DNA of 64,000 nt from Mobula hypostoma (taxonomy: Eukaryota), in assembly GCF_963921235.1 (NCBI RefSeq), contig NC_086097.1:87918001-87982000 (forward strand). Direction: 5' to 3'. Below the pieces are notes generated by a model. The model was not told where the DNA came from, searched no databases, and worked only from the letters and a program-made list of their open reading frames with translations. A program made the translations under genes and the position numbers. Positions 52,168 to 63,069 of the stretch are shown here, piece after piece; positions within the stretch are counted from its first letter, which is position 1, and each line of letters starts with the position of its first letter.

Positions 52168-53290
52168 GTACCTCTTCCTAGAGATGCTGCCTGGCCTGCT
52201 GTGTCAAATTTGGAGTAGTAAGGAAGATGCAAAGAGACTTCAAAGGTTAGAGACAAACTAATGAGTGGTCAAGAACATGACAAATGGAAAATAATGTGGA
52301 AAATGCTGGGTCATTCACTTTGATACACAACACAGAAAAGATGATTTTTTAAAGAGTGACATTTGAAATGCTGGTGTTCAAATTCACCTGTGCATCCTTG
52401 TAGACAGGTCTCTGAAAGCTAACAGCAAGCATATAGGTGGGGGTATGTTATGTTGGCAGTTAATGTGCAAAGGTATGAGGATAAGAATAAAGGGCTTATT
52501 GCAGTTATCTAGAGTCTTGGTGAGACCACAAATTGAACAATATGTACATTTTTGATCTTCATTTAAAAAATGTAATTGCCATAGAGGGATTTCAGTAAAG
52601 ATCAATTGGACTGATTCTGTGAATAATGTATTTGTCACTTGTAAGTAAATTCAGTAGTCCAGGCTTGTTTCCTCTGGAGTTTATAGAATGAAAGATTCCC
52701 ACTGAAACACTGAAAATTCTTACAAAATTGACAGGCTGGAAGCAAAGAGGTTACTTCCTCTGACTGAGCAGTCTAGAACTTGAGAGTCACAGTCTTGAAG
52801 TAGATGGTAAGTTGTTTAGGACTTAGTTGAGGAGAAACTATTCACTTACTCTCCACCATGGAAAGCTGCAGTGGTTCATTCAAGATATGGATTTCTGGAT
52901 ATGAAGGGAACCTAGGGATAATGCTGGAAAATATCATTTAAGTAGAAAATCAGCCATGGCCTCAGTGACTATCTAGCCGTGCTTAAAAGGTCTGTTGACT
53001 ACTTCTGCCCCTCACTTTCATGCTCTTATAAATACTTATTTACTTATTTCCTTATACATAGTCAATAGTGTGTCACCAAAAAGCAATACATCCTGCAGAC
53101 ACCAGCAAACTGAAATAAAATCAGAAAATGCTGAAGAATCTCAGTGGGATTAGTCTGCATTCTGATGTGAAATGTTAACTCTTCCCAGATGCTGCCTGAT
53201 CTGGGGATTTACTTATGATTATTGTTCTTGCTTTCTTCTCTGTTTGTCCAAAAGCAGTAACTACATCTCTGCTTCAGCTTTTTCTGTCTC

Positions 53291-56200
53291 AACCATTGAA
53301 CCATAGAACACTACAGCACAGGAAACAGGCCATTCGGCCCTTCTAGTCTGTGCCAAAACTTTATTCCACTAGTCCCATTGACATGCACCCAGTCCATAAC
53401 CCTCCAGTCCTCTCCCATCCATGTATCTATCCAATTTATTCTTAAAACTTAAGAGTGAGCCTGCATTTACCACATCAGATGGCAGCCCATTCCACACTCC
53501 CACCACAGTGAAGAAGCTCCCCCAATGTTCCCCCTAAACCTTTCCTCTTTCACCCTAAAGCCATGTCCTCTCGTATTTATCTCTCCTAATCTAAGTAGAA
53601 AGAGCCTATTCGCATTTACTCTGTCTATATCCCTCATAACATTTACTCTGTCTATACACCTCATAATTTTGTAAACCTCTATCAAATCTCCCCTCATTCC
53701 CCTACGCTCCAAAGGATAAGGTCCTAACCTGTTCAATCTTTCCCTGTAACTCAACTCCTGAACACCCAGCAACATCCTAGTAAATCTTCTCTGCACTCTT
53801 ACTGATATTCTTCCTATAGTGAGGTGACCAGAACTGCACACAATACTCCAAATTTGGCCTCACCAATGTCTTATACAACCTCACCATAACATCCCAACTC
53901 CTATACTCAATACTTTGATTTATGAATGCCAGGATGCCAAAAGCCTTCTTTACAACCCTGTCTATCTGTGACACCACTTTCAGGGAATTATGTATCTGAA
54001 CTCCCAGATCCCTTTGTTCCTCTGCACTCCTCAGTGCCCTACCATTTACTCTGTATGACCTACCTTGATTTGTCCTTCCAAAATGCAACACCTCACACTT
54101 ATCTGCATTAAATTCCATCTGCCATTTTCTGGCCCATTTTTCCAGTTGGTCCAGATCCCTCTTCAAGCTTTGAAAGCCTTCCTCGCCGTCCACAACGCCT
54201 CCAATCTTAGTGCCATCAGCAAACTTGCTGATCCAATTTACCACATTATTATCTAGATCATTGATATGGATAATAAACAACAATGGTTCCAGCACAGATC
54301 CCGGAGGCACATCACTAGTCACATGCCTCCAGTCTGAGAAGCAATCATCCACGACCAAATCTCTGTCTTCTCCCACACAGCCAATTTCAAATCCAGTTTA
54401 CAACCTCTCCATGGATACCTAGTGTCTGGACCTTCTGAACTAACCTCCCGTGTGGGACCTTGTCAAAGGCCTTACTAAAGTCCATGTAGACAACATCCAC
54501 AGCCTTTCCTTCATCTATTTTCTTGGTAACCTCCTCAAAAAACTCTACAAGATTAATTAAACATGATCTACCACGCACAAGGCCATGCTGACTATCCTCA
54601 AACAGCCCTTGGCTGTCCAAATACTTGTATATCCAATCTCTCAGAACACCTTCCAATAATTTACCTACTATTGATGTCAGGCTCACCGGCCTGTAATTAC
54701 CTGGTTTACTTTTGGAGCCTTTTTTAAATGACGGAACAACATGAGCTACCCTCCAATCCTCCGGCACCGCACTCGTGGCTAAGGACATTTTAAATATTTC
54801 TGCCAGAGCCCCTGCAATTAGTCTCTCTCAAGGTCCAAGGAAATATCATGTCAGGCCCAGGGGATTTATCTACCTTTATTTGCTGTAAAGCAGCAAGCAC
54901 CTCCTCCTCTTTAATCTCTATATGTTCCATGACACTACTGCTTGTTTCTCTTCCTTCCATATATGTTATGCCAGTTTCCTGAGTAAATACTGATGCTAAA
55001 AAACTGTTTAAGATCTCCCCCATCTCATGAAGCTCCACACATAGACGACCACTCTGAAAGGGGACCAATTTTGTCCCTTTTACTCTTAACGTACTTGTAG
55101 AATTACTTGCCAAAGCATCCTCATGTCTTCTTTTTGCCTTCCTGGTTTCCTTCTTTAGTATTTTCTTACATTTTCTGTACTCTTCGAGTACCTCATTTGT
55201 TCCTAGTTGCCTATACCTGCTATACACCCCTCTCTTTTTCTTAACCAAATCGCCAACATCCCTTGAAAACCAAGGTTCCCTATGCCTGTTAACTTTGCCT
55301 TTAATCCTGGCAGGAACTTGCAAACTCTGCACTCTCAAAATTTCACCTTTGAAGGCCTTCCACTTACTGAACACATCCTTGCCAAAACACAACTTATCCC
55401 AATCCACTCTTCCTAGACCCTTTCTCATTTCCACAAAATTGGCCCTTCTCCAAATTAGAACCTCAACTCGAGGACCAGACCTAACTTGAAACTAATGACA
55501 TTATGGGCACTGCACGCAAACTGTTTGCCTACACATACTTCGGTCACCTGACCTGTCTGGTTCCCTAATAGGAGATGAAGTATTGCATCCGCTCTCATTG
55601 GTACTTCTTGATCACGTTTGACTCCAAGCCATCCAGCCCTTTTACAGTGGGGGAGTCTCAGTCAATATCTGGAAAGTTAAAATCCCCTACTATTACAACT
55701 TTCTGTTTCTTACATCGGTCTGCTATCTCTCTACAGATTTGCTCCTCCAATTCTCTCTGACTGTTGGGTGGTCTATAATACAACCCTATTAGTGTGGTCA
55801 CACCTTTCCCGTTCCTCAGCTCCACCCATATGGCCTCTGTAGACAAGCCCTCCGGGCTGTCCTGTCTACACACAGCTGTGATATTTTCCGACTAGTAATG
55901 CCACTCCTCCCCCTTTCATCCCTCCCCCTCTATCACGCCTGAAACAACGGAACCCAGGAACATTAAGCTGCCAGTCCTGCTCCTCCTGCAACCAAGTCTC
56001 ACTAATAGCAATAATGTCATAATCCCACGTGCTAATCCACACCCTGAGCTCATCTGCCTTACCTAACATACTTCTTGCATTGAAATAGATGCACCTGAAA
56101 ATATTTCTATCATGTACAAGCTTTTGATTTCTGTCTATACATGCAGTCCTCACATGACCTTTATCCTCTTCCACCTCACTATCTGCTCTAACACTCTGGT

Positions 56201-57495
56201 TCCCCTCCCCCTACAGATCTAGTTTAAACCCCCCGGAGCAGCACTAGCAAACTTTCCCACAAGGATGTTAGTTCCCCCTCCAGTTCAGGTGCAAACCGTC
56301 CCGTCAGAACAGGTCCCACCTTCCCTGGAACAAAGCCCAATTATCCAGAAACATGAAGCCCTCCCTCCTGCACCATCTCCTTAGCCACGTATTTAGCTGC
56401 ATTATCTTCGTATTTCTAGCCTCACTAATACGTGGCACGGGTAGCAATCCTGCGATTGCAACCCTGGAGGTCCTGTCCTTCAACTTTGCACCTAACTCCC
56501 TAAACTCTCTTTGCAGGACCTCCTCTTCCTTCCTATCCATGTCATTGACCACGACATCTGGCTGCTCACCCTCCCACTTGAGAATACTGAGAACTCGATC
56601 GAGATATCGCGGACCCTGGCACCAGGGAGGCAACAGACTATCCGGGATTCTTGATCTCTCCCACAGAACCTCTTATCTGTCCCCCAACTCTCGAATCCTC
56701 TATCACTACCGCTCTCCTCTTTCCCCTCCTTCCTTTCTGAGCTGAGGGTCCAATCTCGGTGCCAGAGACACAACCACTACAACTTGTCCCTGGTAGGTCA
56801 TCCCCACCAACAGTATCCAAAACGGTACACTTATTGCTGATGGGAACAGCCACAGGGGTGCTCTGCTCTTTCTGTCTATTCCCCATCCCTCTCCTGACAG
56901 TCACCCAGCTACCTGCCTCCTGACTTTCAGGGGTGACTATCTCCCTGAAACTCCTGTCTGTTTCTGCCTCTGCCTCATGAATGATCCGAAATTCATCCAG
57001 ATCCAGCTCCAGGTCCCTAACTCGGTTTGTCAGGAGCTGCAGCTGGATGCACCTTTTACAGGTGTAGTCATCAGGGACAATTGTGCTGTCCCTGATTTCC
57101 CACATACTGCAAACGGAGCACTCCACTGCCCTAACTGCTGCCTCCATTACCTACTCCTAAGTTAATTAAATTAGTTAAAGGAACTTACCCAGCCTTACCT
57201 CACTGGGAGCAAGCTCGCTGAATCCTCTCAAGCCAAAGCCTCAAAGCTCCACTCCTTCTCTGAGCCACTCACACACTGGCCGCTCCTCTTCAATTACCCC
57301 TCCTTTTATTTGTCCCTGCCAATTATCTCAAGTACTCACTCCCTCTAATCAACTAATCAACACTCTGTTTAATCCTTCAGTTGCCCTTCGTGCTCCTTTT
57401 AAAGCACACTGACCTTAGCTCCCCAGCTGCTTCCCAGCATTCAGTGCTCTCCCGAGCTCCTCACTCCTCCTCCTGCTGCGATGGTCCTGCGATCA
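53291..57495 (-). mobile_element. Near full-length CR1 LINE (5' UTR, ORF1 zinc finger/coiled coil/esterase, ORF2 APE and RT), disrupted
   Basis: ORF1 56638..57147 has CSVC..x16..CKRC and a leucine-rich heptad, then CLPGARV and an esterase-like region 56304..56633. APE has YFNARS, ISETWL and GDFN. RT has NYRPVSLTS, DFSKAFDKVPH and KFADGTK. Tail aaccattgaaccatagaac. The 5' boundary is approximate. Confidence 0.95.
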
Positions 57496-57707
57496 AGATC
57501 TCAAAATCTCCCTGTCTTCTCTCCCTTTTACATTCTGTTAGCTTTTAAAGCTCAAGTCAAGTCATTTATGAGAGATTTTTCTCTCTCCTAAATGATTTCT
57601 GCTATGGACTGGCCAAATGGAAAGATGTGAAAGTTCTCTTCAAGTCTTCATGATTCCATAATTCCAAGAGGTACTACTTTCAGGGTAGAAGAATGACACA
57701 GTGTAGG

Positions 57708-58860
57708 TACACGCACAAAGTGCTGAAGGAACTCAGCAGGTCAGGCAGCACCTCTGGAAATGAATATATAGTTGATATTTTGGCCTGAGACCCTTCACCA
57801 GGACTGGAAAGGAAAGGGAAGAGGCCAGAATAAGAAGGTTGGTGGTGGGGGGGGAGGGTATATAGGTAAATGTATGATGTAAGGGTGAGATGTGTGCGTC
57901 TGTAAAGTGGATACGCCAAGCAAAGGGTTAACAGTTAGGAATTTGTGGGTCTGTCCTGTTTTGAAGGTCTACCTGCGTGTTGGGCAAATTGACTCTTGAT
58001 ACTAGATAAGGGGAGAATGATGTGACTCCTGGTCTACCTGATAACATGGTCTGAAAGCACACTAAAAGTGCTGATTTGTGTAAAAGTAATTAATCACCTT
58101 GTCTCTAAAGAATGTTTTTTTTACATTGTTTGGTTGTAAGATTAATAGAATGCATTGTCCCTGAGGAGGTAGAGGCCGATTGTTGAAGGTCACCCGACCC
58201 GACCAAAAGGTTAGGGTCGTGTAAACGTCGGATTGGATATCTCGCCCCTACCAGCCGGACTGGGAGGTGCTATAAAGGTGGGCAAGTTCTTTCTTGGGCA
58301 GACCACTCACCTGGGTCCCACTTTCGGGCCGAGCTGCTGAACTGGCGCCAAAGACCTCCACCCTAACCAGTCCACAGTCGATCGCCTGCTTCAGGGACCA
58401 CGCAGGCATTGCTAAGTATACTCAGCGGTGTAGACTACTAGGGGTTGCTTAAGTTAGCCCCACCTATTAGTGGTGTAGGTAGTGTACGATATAAAGCATT
58501 TCCTGCAACTCTCTAATTTCTTCTCTCTATTAACAATAAATGGAGTCTCTGAGGAACTATCGAGTCTGGCTCCATTTGTTCAAGCGAAACCCAATAGTTG
58601 CAGCATCCACCCGTCACGGTTATACTTACTGGGTATCAGTTTTTGTGGAACAGAGGGGAAGGAAATCAAGGTAGAAGGCGACAGGTAAAGCCATGTGGGT
58701 GGGGGAGGGGGATGAAGTAAGAAGTTGGGAAATGATAGGTAGAAAAGATACAGGTCTGGAGAAGAAGGAATTTGACAGGAGAGGAGAGTGGACCATGGGA
58801 GAAAGGCAAGGAGGAGAACATGAGGGGGAGGTGGTAGGCAAGTGAGGAGAAGAGAAGAGG
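57708..58860 (-). mobile_element. Penelope 3'-tail fragment (degenerate hammerhead near 57770-57805), split by an LTR insertion
   Basis: Reverse strand cagtcctggtgaagggtctcaggccaaaatatcaact...gctgcctgacctgctgagttcc. The purine-rich tail resumes after 58653. Confidence 0.75.
57859..58652 (+). mobile_element. Solo LTR (794 bp)
   Basis: 5-bp direct repeat GAGGG at 57854-57858 and 58653-58657. Ends in ...AACA and starts TA (mutated TG?). Contains ATTGG near 58232, TATAAA 58271-58276 and AATAAA 58535-58540 in U3-R-U5 order, and interrupts a recognisable PLE tail. Confidence 0.75.
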
Positions 58861-59304
58861 CGCACAGTGTAGCTCATATTGTTGGACAAGCTGGTTGCAC
58901 ATGTTCCACCATTTTGGCCCAATGCTCCTCAATGCTGCTGCATGACCCACAGTTACGTTAAGGAATGCAGACATACAATCAGGCCTTCATTCACAGAATA
59001 TAAGGAATTTCATAAACAGAAAACCTCTGTCCAAGTTATGACTCCTATTTTTTTTATTTCTCACCTTTGTCATAAGTTTTCTTTGACTTCCTTTTTGAAA
59101 ATATGCCTACATCCAGATCAGTTTCCTGAATCCTTGGTTTACAAAAATTTACAAACACAAAGAAAGTAATTATTTGTCCTTCCTCCCTTGAACGCTGGTA
59201 CTAACGAGAAGGTATTTGCTCCTGGGCAGGGGTATCTGATAGGGCAGTCTGGGGATTGATAAACTGAGTCTGAGGTCTCAATGTGCAATTTGCTTAATTT
59301 CTTT

Positions 59305-59910
59305 CTTTCTTTTTAAATCTTTTTATTGAATTAGTACACAAAGAGTAAAACCAATACATTGTTAGGATATAAATATAAAAGTAATAGTAATACAAAAAAA
59401 ACAATGTATGTTAATTATAGAATAACAAGGTAATATAATTGTATACTAATATTTCATATATACCTAATAGAATGAGAAAAAAAAACCCAGAGGGAAAAAA
59501 GACCTACTGTGCAACTAACCTAACAAAGCAAAGCAATGTGCTAACTAGGTATATACTAGACTTTGAACAATTCAACGATCGCGTCCTCAAACCCGACCTC
59601 CGCTAATAACAGATAAAATCCACAAAGGGAATGTATATATGGTCAGAGAGAAAAAAAAAGTTACATTAAATGAAAATATTGAATAAATGATCTCCAGGTC
59701 TGATCATAAAGATTACTTCTGATTTTTTCCAAATTTAAACCCAGTATCGTTTGAGAGAACCAAAAAAACGTAGTTGGTGCGTTAATCTCCTTCCAATGTT
59801 GCAGAATACATCTTTTCGCCATCAAAGTAAGAAATGCAATCATTCTACGAGTTGAGGGGGGTAAATTACTAGAAGTTTTAGGTAATCCAAAGATAGTAGT
59901 AATAGGGTGG
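59305..59910 (-). mobile_element. L1/Tx1-clade LINE 3' end
   Basis: Minus ORF IAFLTLMAKRCILQHWK...LNLEKIR...W..FI resembles fish L1 ORF2 C-termini. AATAAA and an A-rich tail on the minus strand near 59305-59330. Confidence 0.75.
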
Positions 59911-59979
59911 TGATCAATTTACTTAATTTCTGATGCCACCATGGTACCCTCCAGTTTAAGTGCTTCCTAGAGCTCAGAT

Positions 59980-60500
59980 ATCTGAGGTCCTCCATTGGTC
60001 AAGGTTGACCATGGATATTGCATCTTAGCTGTCTACATTATACCAAGCCAGAGGATTATGATATAGAGAGCTAGCTGTTCCTCGTGCAGCAGCCTCCCCC
60101 TCTCCACACAGCCGACGTATTCAGGGGAATGGCAGAGATCGATACAGTTTGGCACCAGCAGGTCACAGGAGTTGCCAGTCAGTGTTGAACTCAACACAGG
60201 CCTGCCTTAGGGACTCCAGCTGCGGTCTTTTCCTCAGAGTTTACTCCCAGAGCCTTCCCCATGAGTGGGTAAAGCTGCAAGTCAATGAAGGTTTGAGGAC
60301 AAAATTTTCCTTCTCCTAGATGAGCTGCCAACCATGGCTGATGGGCCCCATCTGCCTGAAGTGACTGGTTTTAAGGTGCCAGTAACCTGCCTTTGACCCT
60401 TCTCCTGTCAGTAGAAATTGTTCCACTGGGCCTAATATCTAAGTCACACGTTAAGGCCAGGAGTTAGATCTGGTTGTCAGAAGCTACTTGAGACACACAC
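59980..60500 (-). mobile_element. SINE-like repeat sharing its 3' body with SINE family B but with a different 5' part
   Basis: About 60005-60175 aligns by eye to about 25520-25695 (ccatgga..., cctctccac, gggaa.ggca, atacag.ttggcaccag). Confidence 0.55.
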
Positions 60501-61260
60501 TCTCAGTTAACTTCACACCTTAACAAATGCTGGATCATTTAACTGAATATCCAAAAGCTGGCTATAACAGAATTAATGAAAGGACGGCTATCGGAAAGGC
60601 CTTCTTACATATTCACTGCAAGTGCAGATTGTACCTGTGTGATTGGCTGAGTTCCTTGGGTTATGGATGTGCACTTTGGTCTCAGAGCAACTCCACCCCC
60701 ACACCAGCCCACTTGCTAAATTGTAATTGGATGTTCCTTGTGCTGTTGCTAGGAGACTGAGCCCTTCATTAGACCTTCAGTTAGTCACCTGAAAAAGTCA
60801 CGATGTCAGCTGTATGAAAAATTGCTACGGGGAGAGACACGGTGTGGAAAATGTCAACATAATGGGTTGTGTTTCAGTACAATTTGTCACTGAAAATATT
60901 TTCGACAGAGTACGTCTGCAGATCATTTGGAAATGGAGCACTAAGTGGAGAAGGTTTAGCCCGCATAGTTCACTGACTTTTGGCAAGATTCTCAACCATT
61001 TTTCAAAAAGCAAGTTGCACAGTACATCTGGAATTCCAACCGGTGCACCTTTGCAGAGCAAGCCTAGCTTGGAGAATGATGTAAAAATTCAAATATCCGA
61101 AGTTGAGGAAGCATGATAAGAATAGAGCAGGCTCTAGTTCCCAGATGGAGATATTGCTTGCCAGAAGCAGAACTGGATACAGTGACAATTGATAACAATG
61201 TACACGTCCATTGCTAAAGGTCCAAGACGTTGGTTTCATTGGAGGTAATGAGTCCATAAG

Positions 61261-61550
61261 TGTGGGCACATGGCCAAGTGGTTAAGGCATTGGACTAGCG
61301 ACCTGAAGGTCAAGGCAACGTGTTGTGTCCTTGAGCAAGGCACTTAATCACACATTGCTCTGAGACGACACTGGTGCCAAGCTGTATGGGTCCTAATGCC
61401 CTTCCCTTGGACAACATTGGTGTCCTGGAGAGGGGAGACTTGCAGCATGGGCAACTGCTGGTCTTCCATACAACCTTGCCCAGGTCTGCGCCCTGGAGAG
61501 TGAAGACTTTCCAGGCGCAGATCCATGGTCTTGCAAGACTAACGAATGTC
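61261..61550 (+). mobile_element. tRNA-derived SINE (family B), B box deleted
   Basis: Near-identical to the reverse complement of 25500-25808, but lacks about 20 nt (gtgagttcgagccccagc). Confidence 0.85.
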
Positions 61551-61673
61551 TTTATTTATTTTATAATGAGTCAATGGGAAACTTGGAATAAGGAATTCAA
61601 TGGAATAAGAAAATCTAATGAATTACTGAGGGGGATCACCACATTGTAGATGAAGTGTTCACCATTACACCTG

Positions 61674-61740
61674 CAGTACTGTGCAAAAATCTTAGGCACA
61701 TATATATAGTTAAGGTGCCTAAGATATTTGCATAGTACTG
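61674..61740. mobile_element. 67-bp palindromic Tc1-type MITE (two TIRs with a short spacer)
   Basis: cagtactgtgcaaaaatcttaggcac / gtgcctaagatatttgcatagtactg, followed by TA. Confidence 0.8.
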
Positions 61741-62529
61741 TAGCAATTTATGTATTGCACTGTACTGTTGCTGCAAAACAAAGTCATGACATATGTGAAT
61801 GGTGATAAACCTGATTCTGATATGGGTATCTATTGTGGACTGAGAGGGGAAAAGGGGCAGGGCGAGGGGGATCATGGTTGAGTGAAGGGGAAGAGAGAGG
61901 GGAGGGAGTGGGAAGCACCAGAGAGACATACTGTAATGATCAATAAATCATTGGTTGGAATCAAATGACCTTGTCTGATGTCTTAGGGGCTTGGTGTGTC
62001 TGAACTCATCCCCCACGTCCCCACCCCTAGCACTTTTTCCTCTGCCACCCCTCCCACAGTGCTCCACCCTCACCATTCCCAACATCTTTGCTCTGCCAGA
62101 TTTTAAAACTCACTGTCCGCTCCACGTTGGTAAGTACAGTACCATCTACCCTAGCTTATGTGCCTTCTGCATGATACCGTACATGAATCCCGTTCGTCAT
62201 TTCTGAACCCACCGACTTTCACCATGTTTTCGCGAAAATTTGTACCTATTTTCAGACTTTCTCATCCTCCACTGAATCAAATATTTTCTTTTCTGCTTTG
62301 GAACTTCTGAACAGGAGTTAACTGGACATTTGGCTTCTCTGTCCTTGTTCTTGTCCTACTTGCTTCCCCTCCCCTCACCTTGACAAATGCTTTGCTAATC
62401 AACAAATTCCAGCCTTAGTGTGAGACTAACTTGCATATTAATAAACTTAAAAAAGGTCCTCTCATGTCCTTTCATCCCGCCACCTCTGCGCTCAGCAGGT
62501 CTTTTGCCTTTTACAACATCGATATCATG

Positions 62530-63062
62530 ATCCTACTTCTCCCCCTCTCATTTCCCAAATACCATTCCAATCTGGATGTACTTGCATCCAATTGAGAATG
62601 GTATTTGGCGAATGACTGCGGGGAGAAGCAGGATCATGTTATGGCTTCAGTGTACCCATGTAAGGTAAAGGAACTTTAGGTGTTGAGGGAGGTGGTGAAT
62701 TAATCAGGCGAAAAAAAAGGGAGTATGTAAGATTTAGAAAGCTAAAATCAAATTGAGCCCTTAAGGATTATAAAGAAACTAAATAACTCAAGAACAGAAT
62801 TAGAAAATCCAGAAAGAGCCACGAGAAGTCCTCAGCAAGAAGGATTGAATAAAATCCCAAGTCATTCAGGATGTACAAGAGTAAGAGGATAAATATGGAG
62901 CATGTAACACTACACAAGGATAAAGGAGGGAGCATGTGCTTAGAGGTGGAGCATGTGAGTACTTTGCAACAGTATTCACCAAAGAGAAGGACAAGGAGAA
63001 TAGGGGGATTAAAAGGGAGTTTTATAATTTGCTGTGGCATTTCAAAACAAAGGAGGATATAG
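62530..63062 (+). mobile_element. Old CR1 ORF2 linker fragment
   Basis: KRATRSPQ.., aatcccaagtcattc and DKGGSMCLEVE resemble the CR1 linker at 13353..14126. Confidence 0.65.
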
Positions 63063-63069
63063 TGTTGGA

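Larger units (their letters stand above)
50632..52202. mobile_element. Penelope-like element: minus-strand GIY-YIG copy plus an inverted partial copy, flanked by a 15-bp TSD
   Basis: Minus ORF 51062..51388 VIYCVRCSRCGLLYIGETRRRLGD...GMNIDFSNFR. Plus-strand partial copy at 51680-52202. Flanks GTCAAATTTAGAGTA (50617-50631) and GTCAAATTTGGAGTA (52203-52217). Confidence 0.93.
50050..53030 (+). mobile_element. Old CR1 LINE RT region, split by a Penelope insertion at 50632-52202
   Basis: Left part ends ISKFTDVAKL (decayed KFADDTK). Right part resumes SKEDAKRLQ...gacaaatggaaaataatgtggaaaatg...tcttggtgagaccacaaattga. Confidence 0.7.

Noticed and set aside
60814..61269. Cluster of overlapping 78-100 aa ORFs
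   Set aside because: No recognisable domains or exon structure; lengths are compatible with chance.
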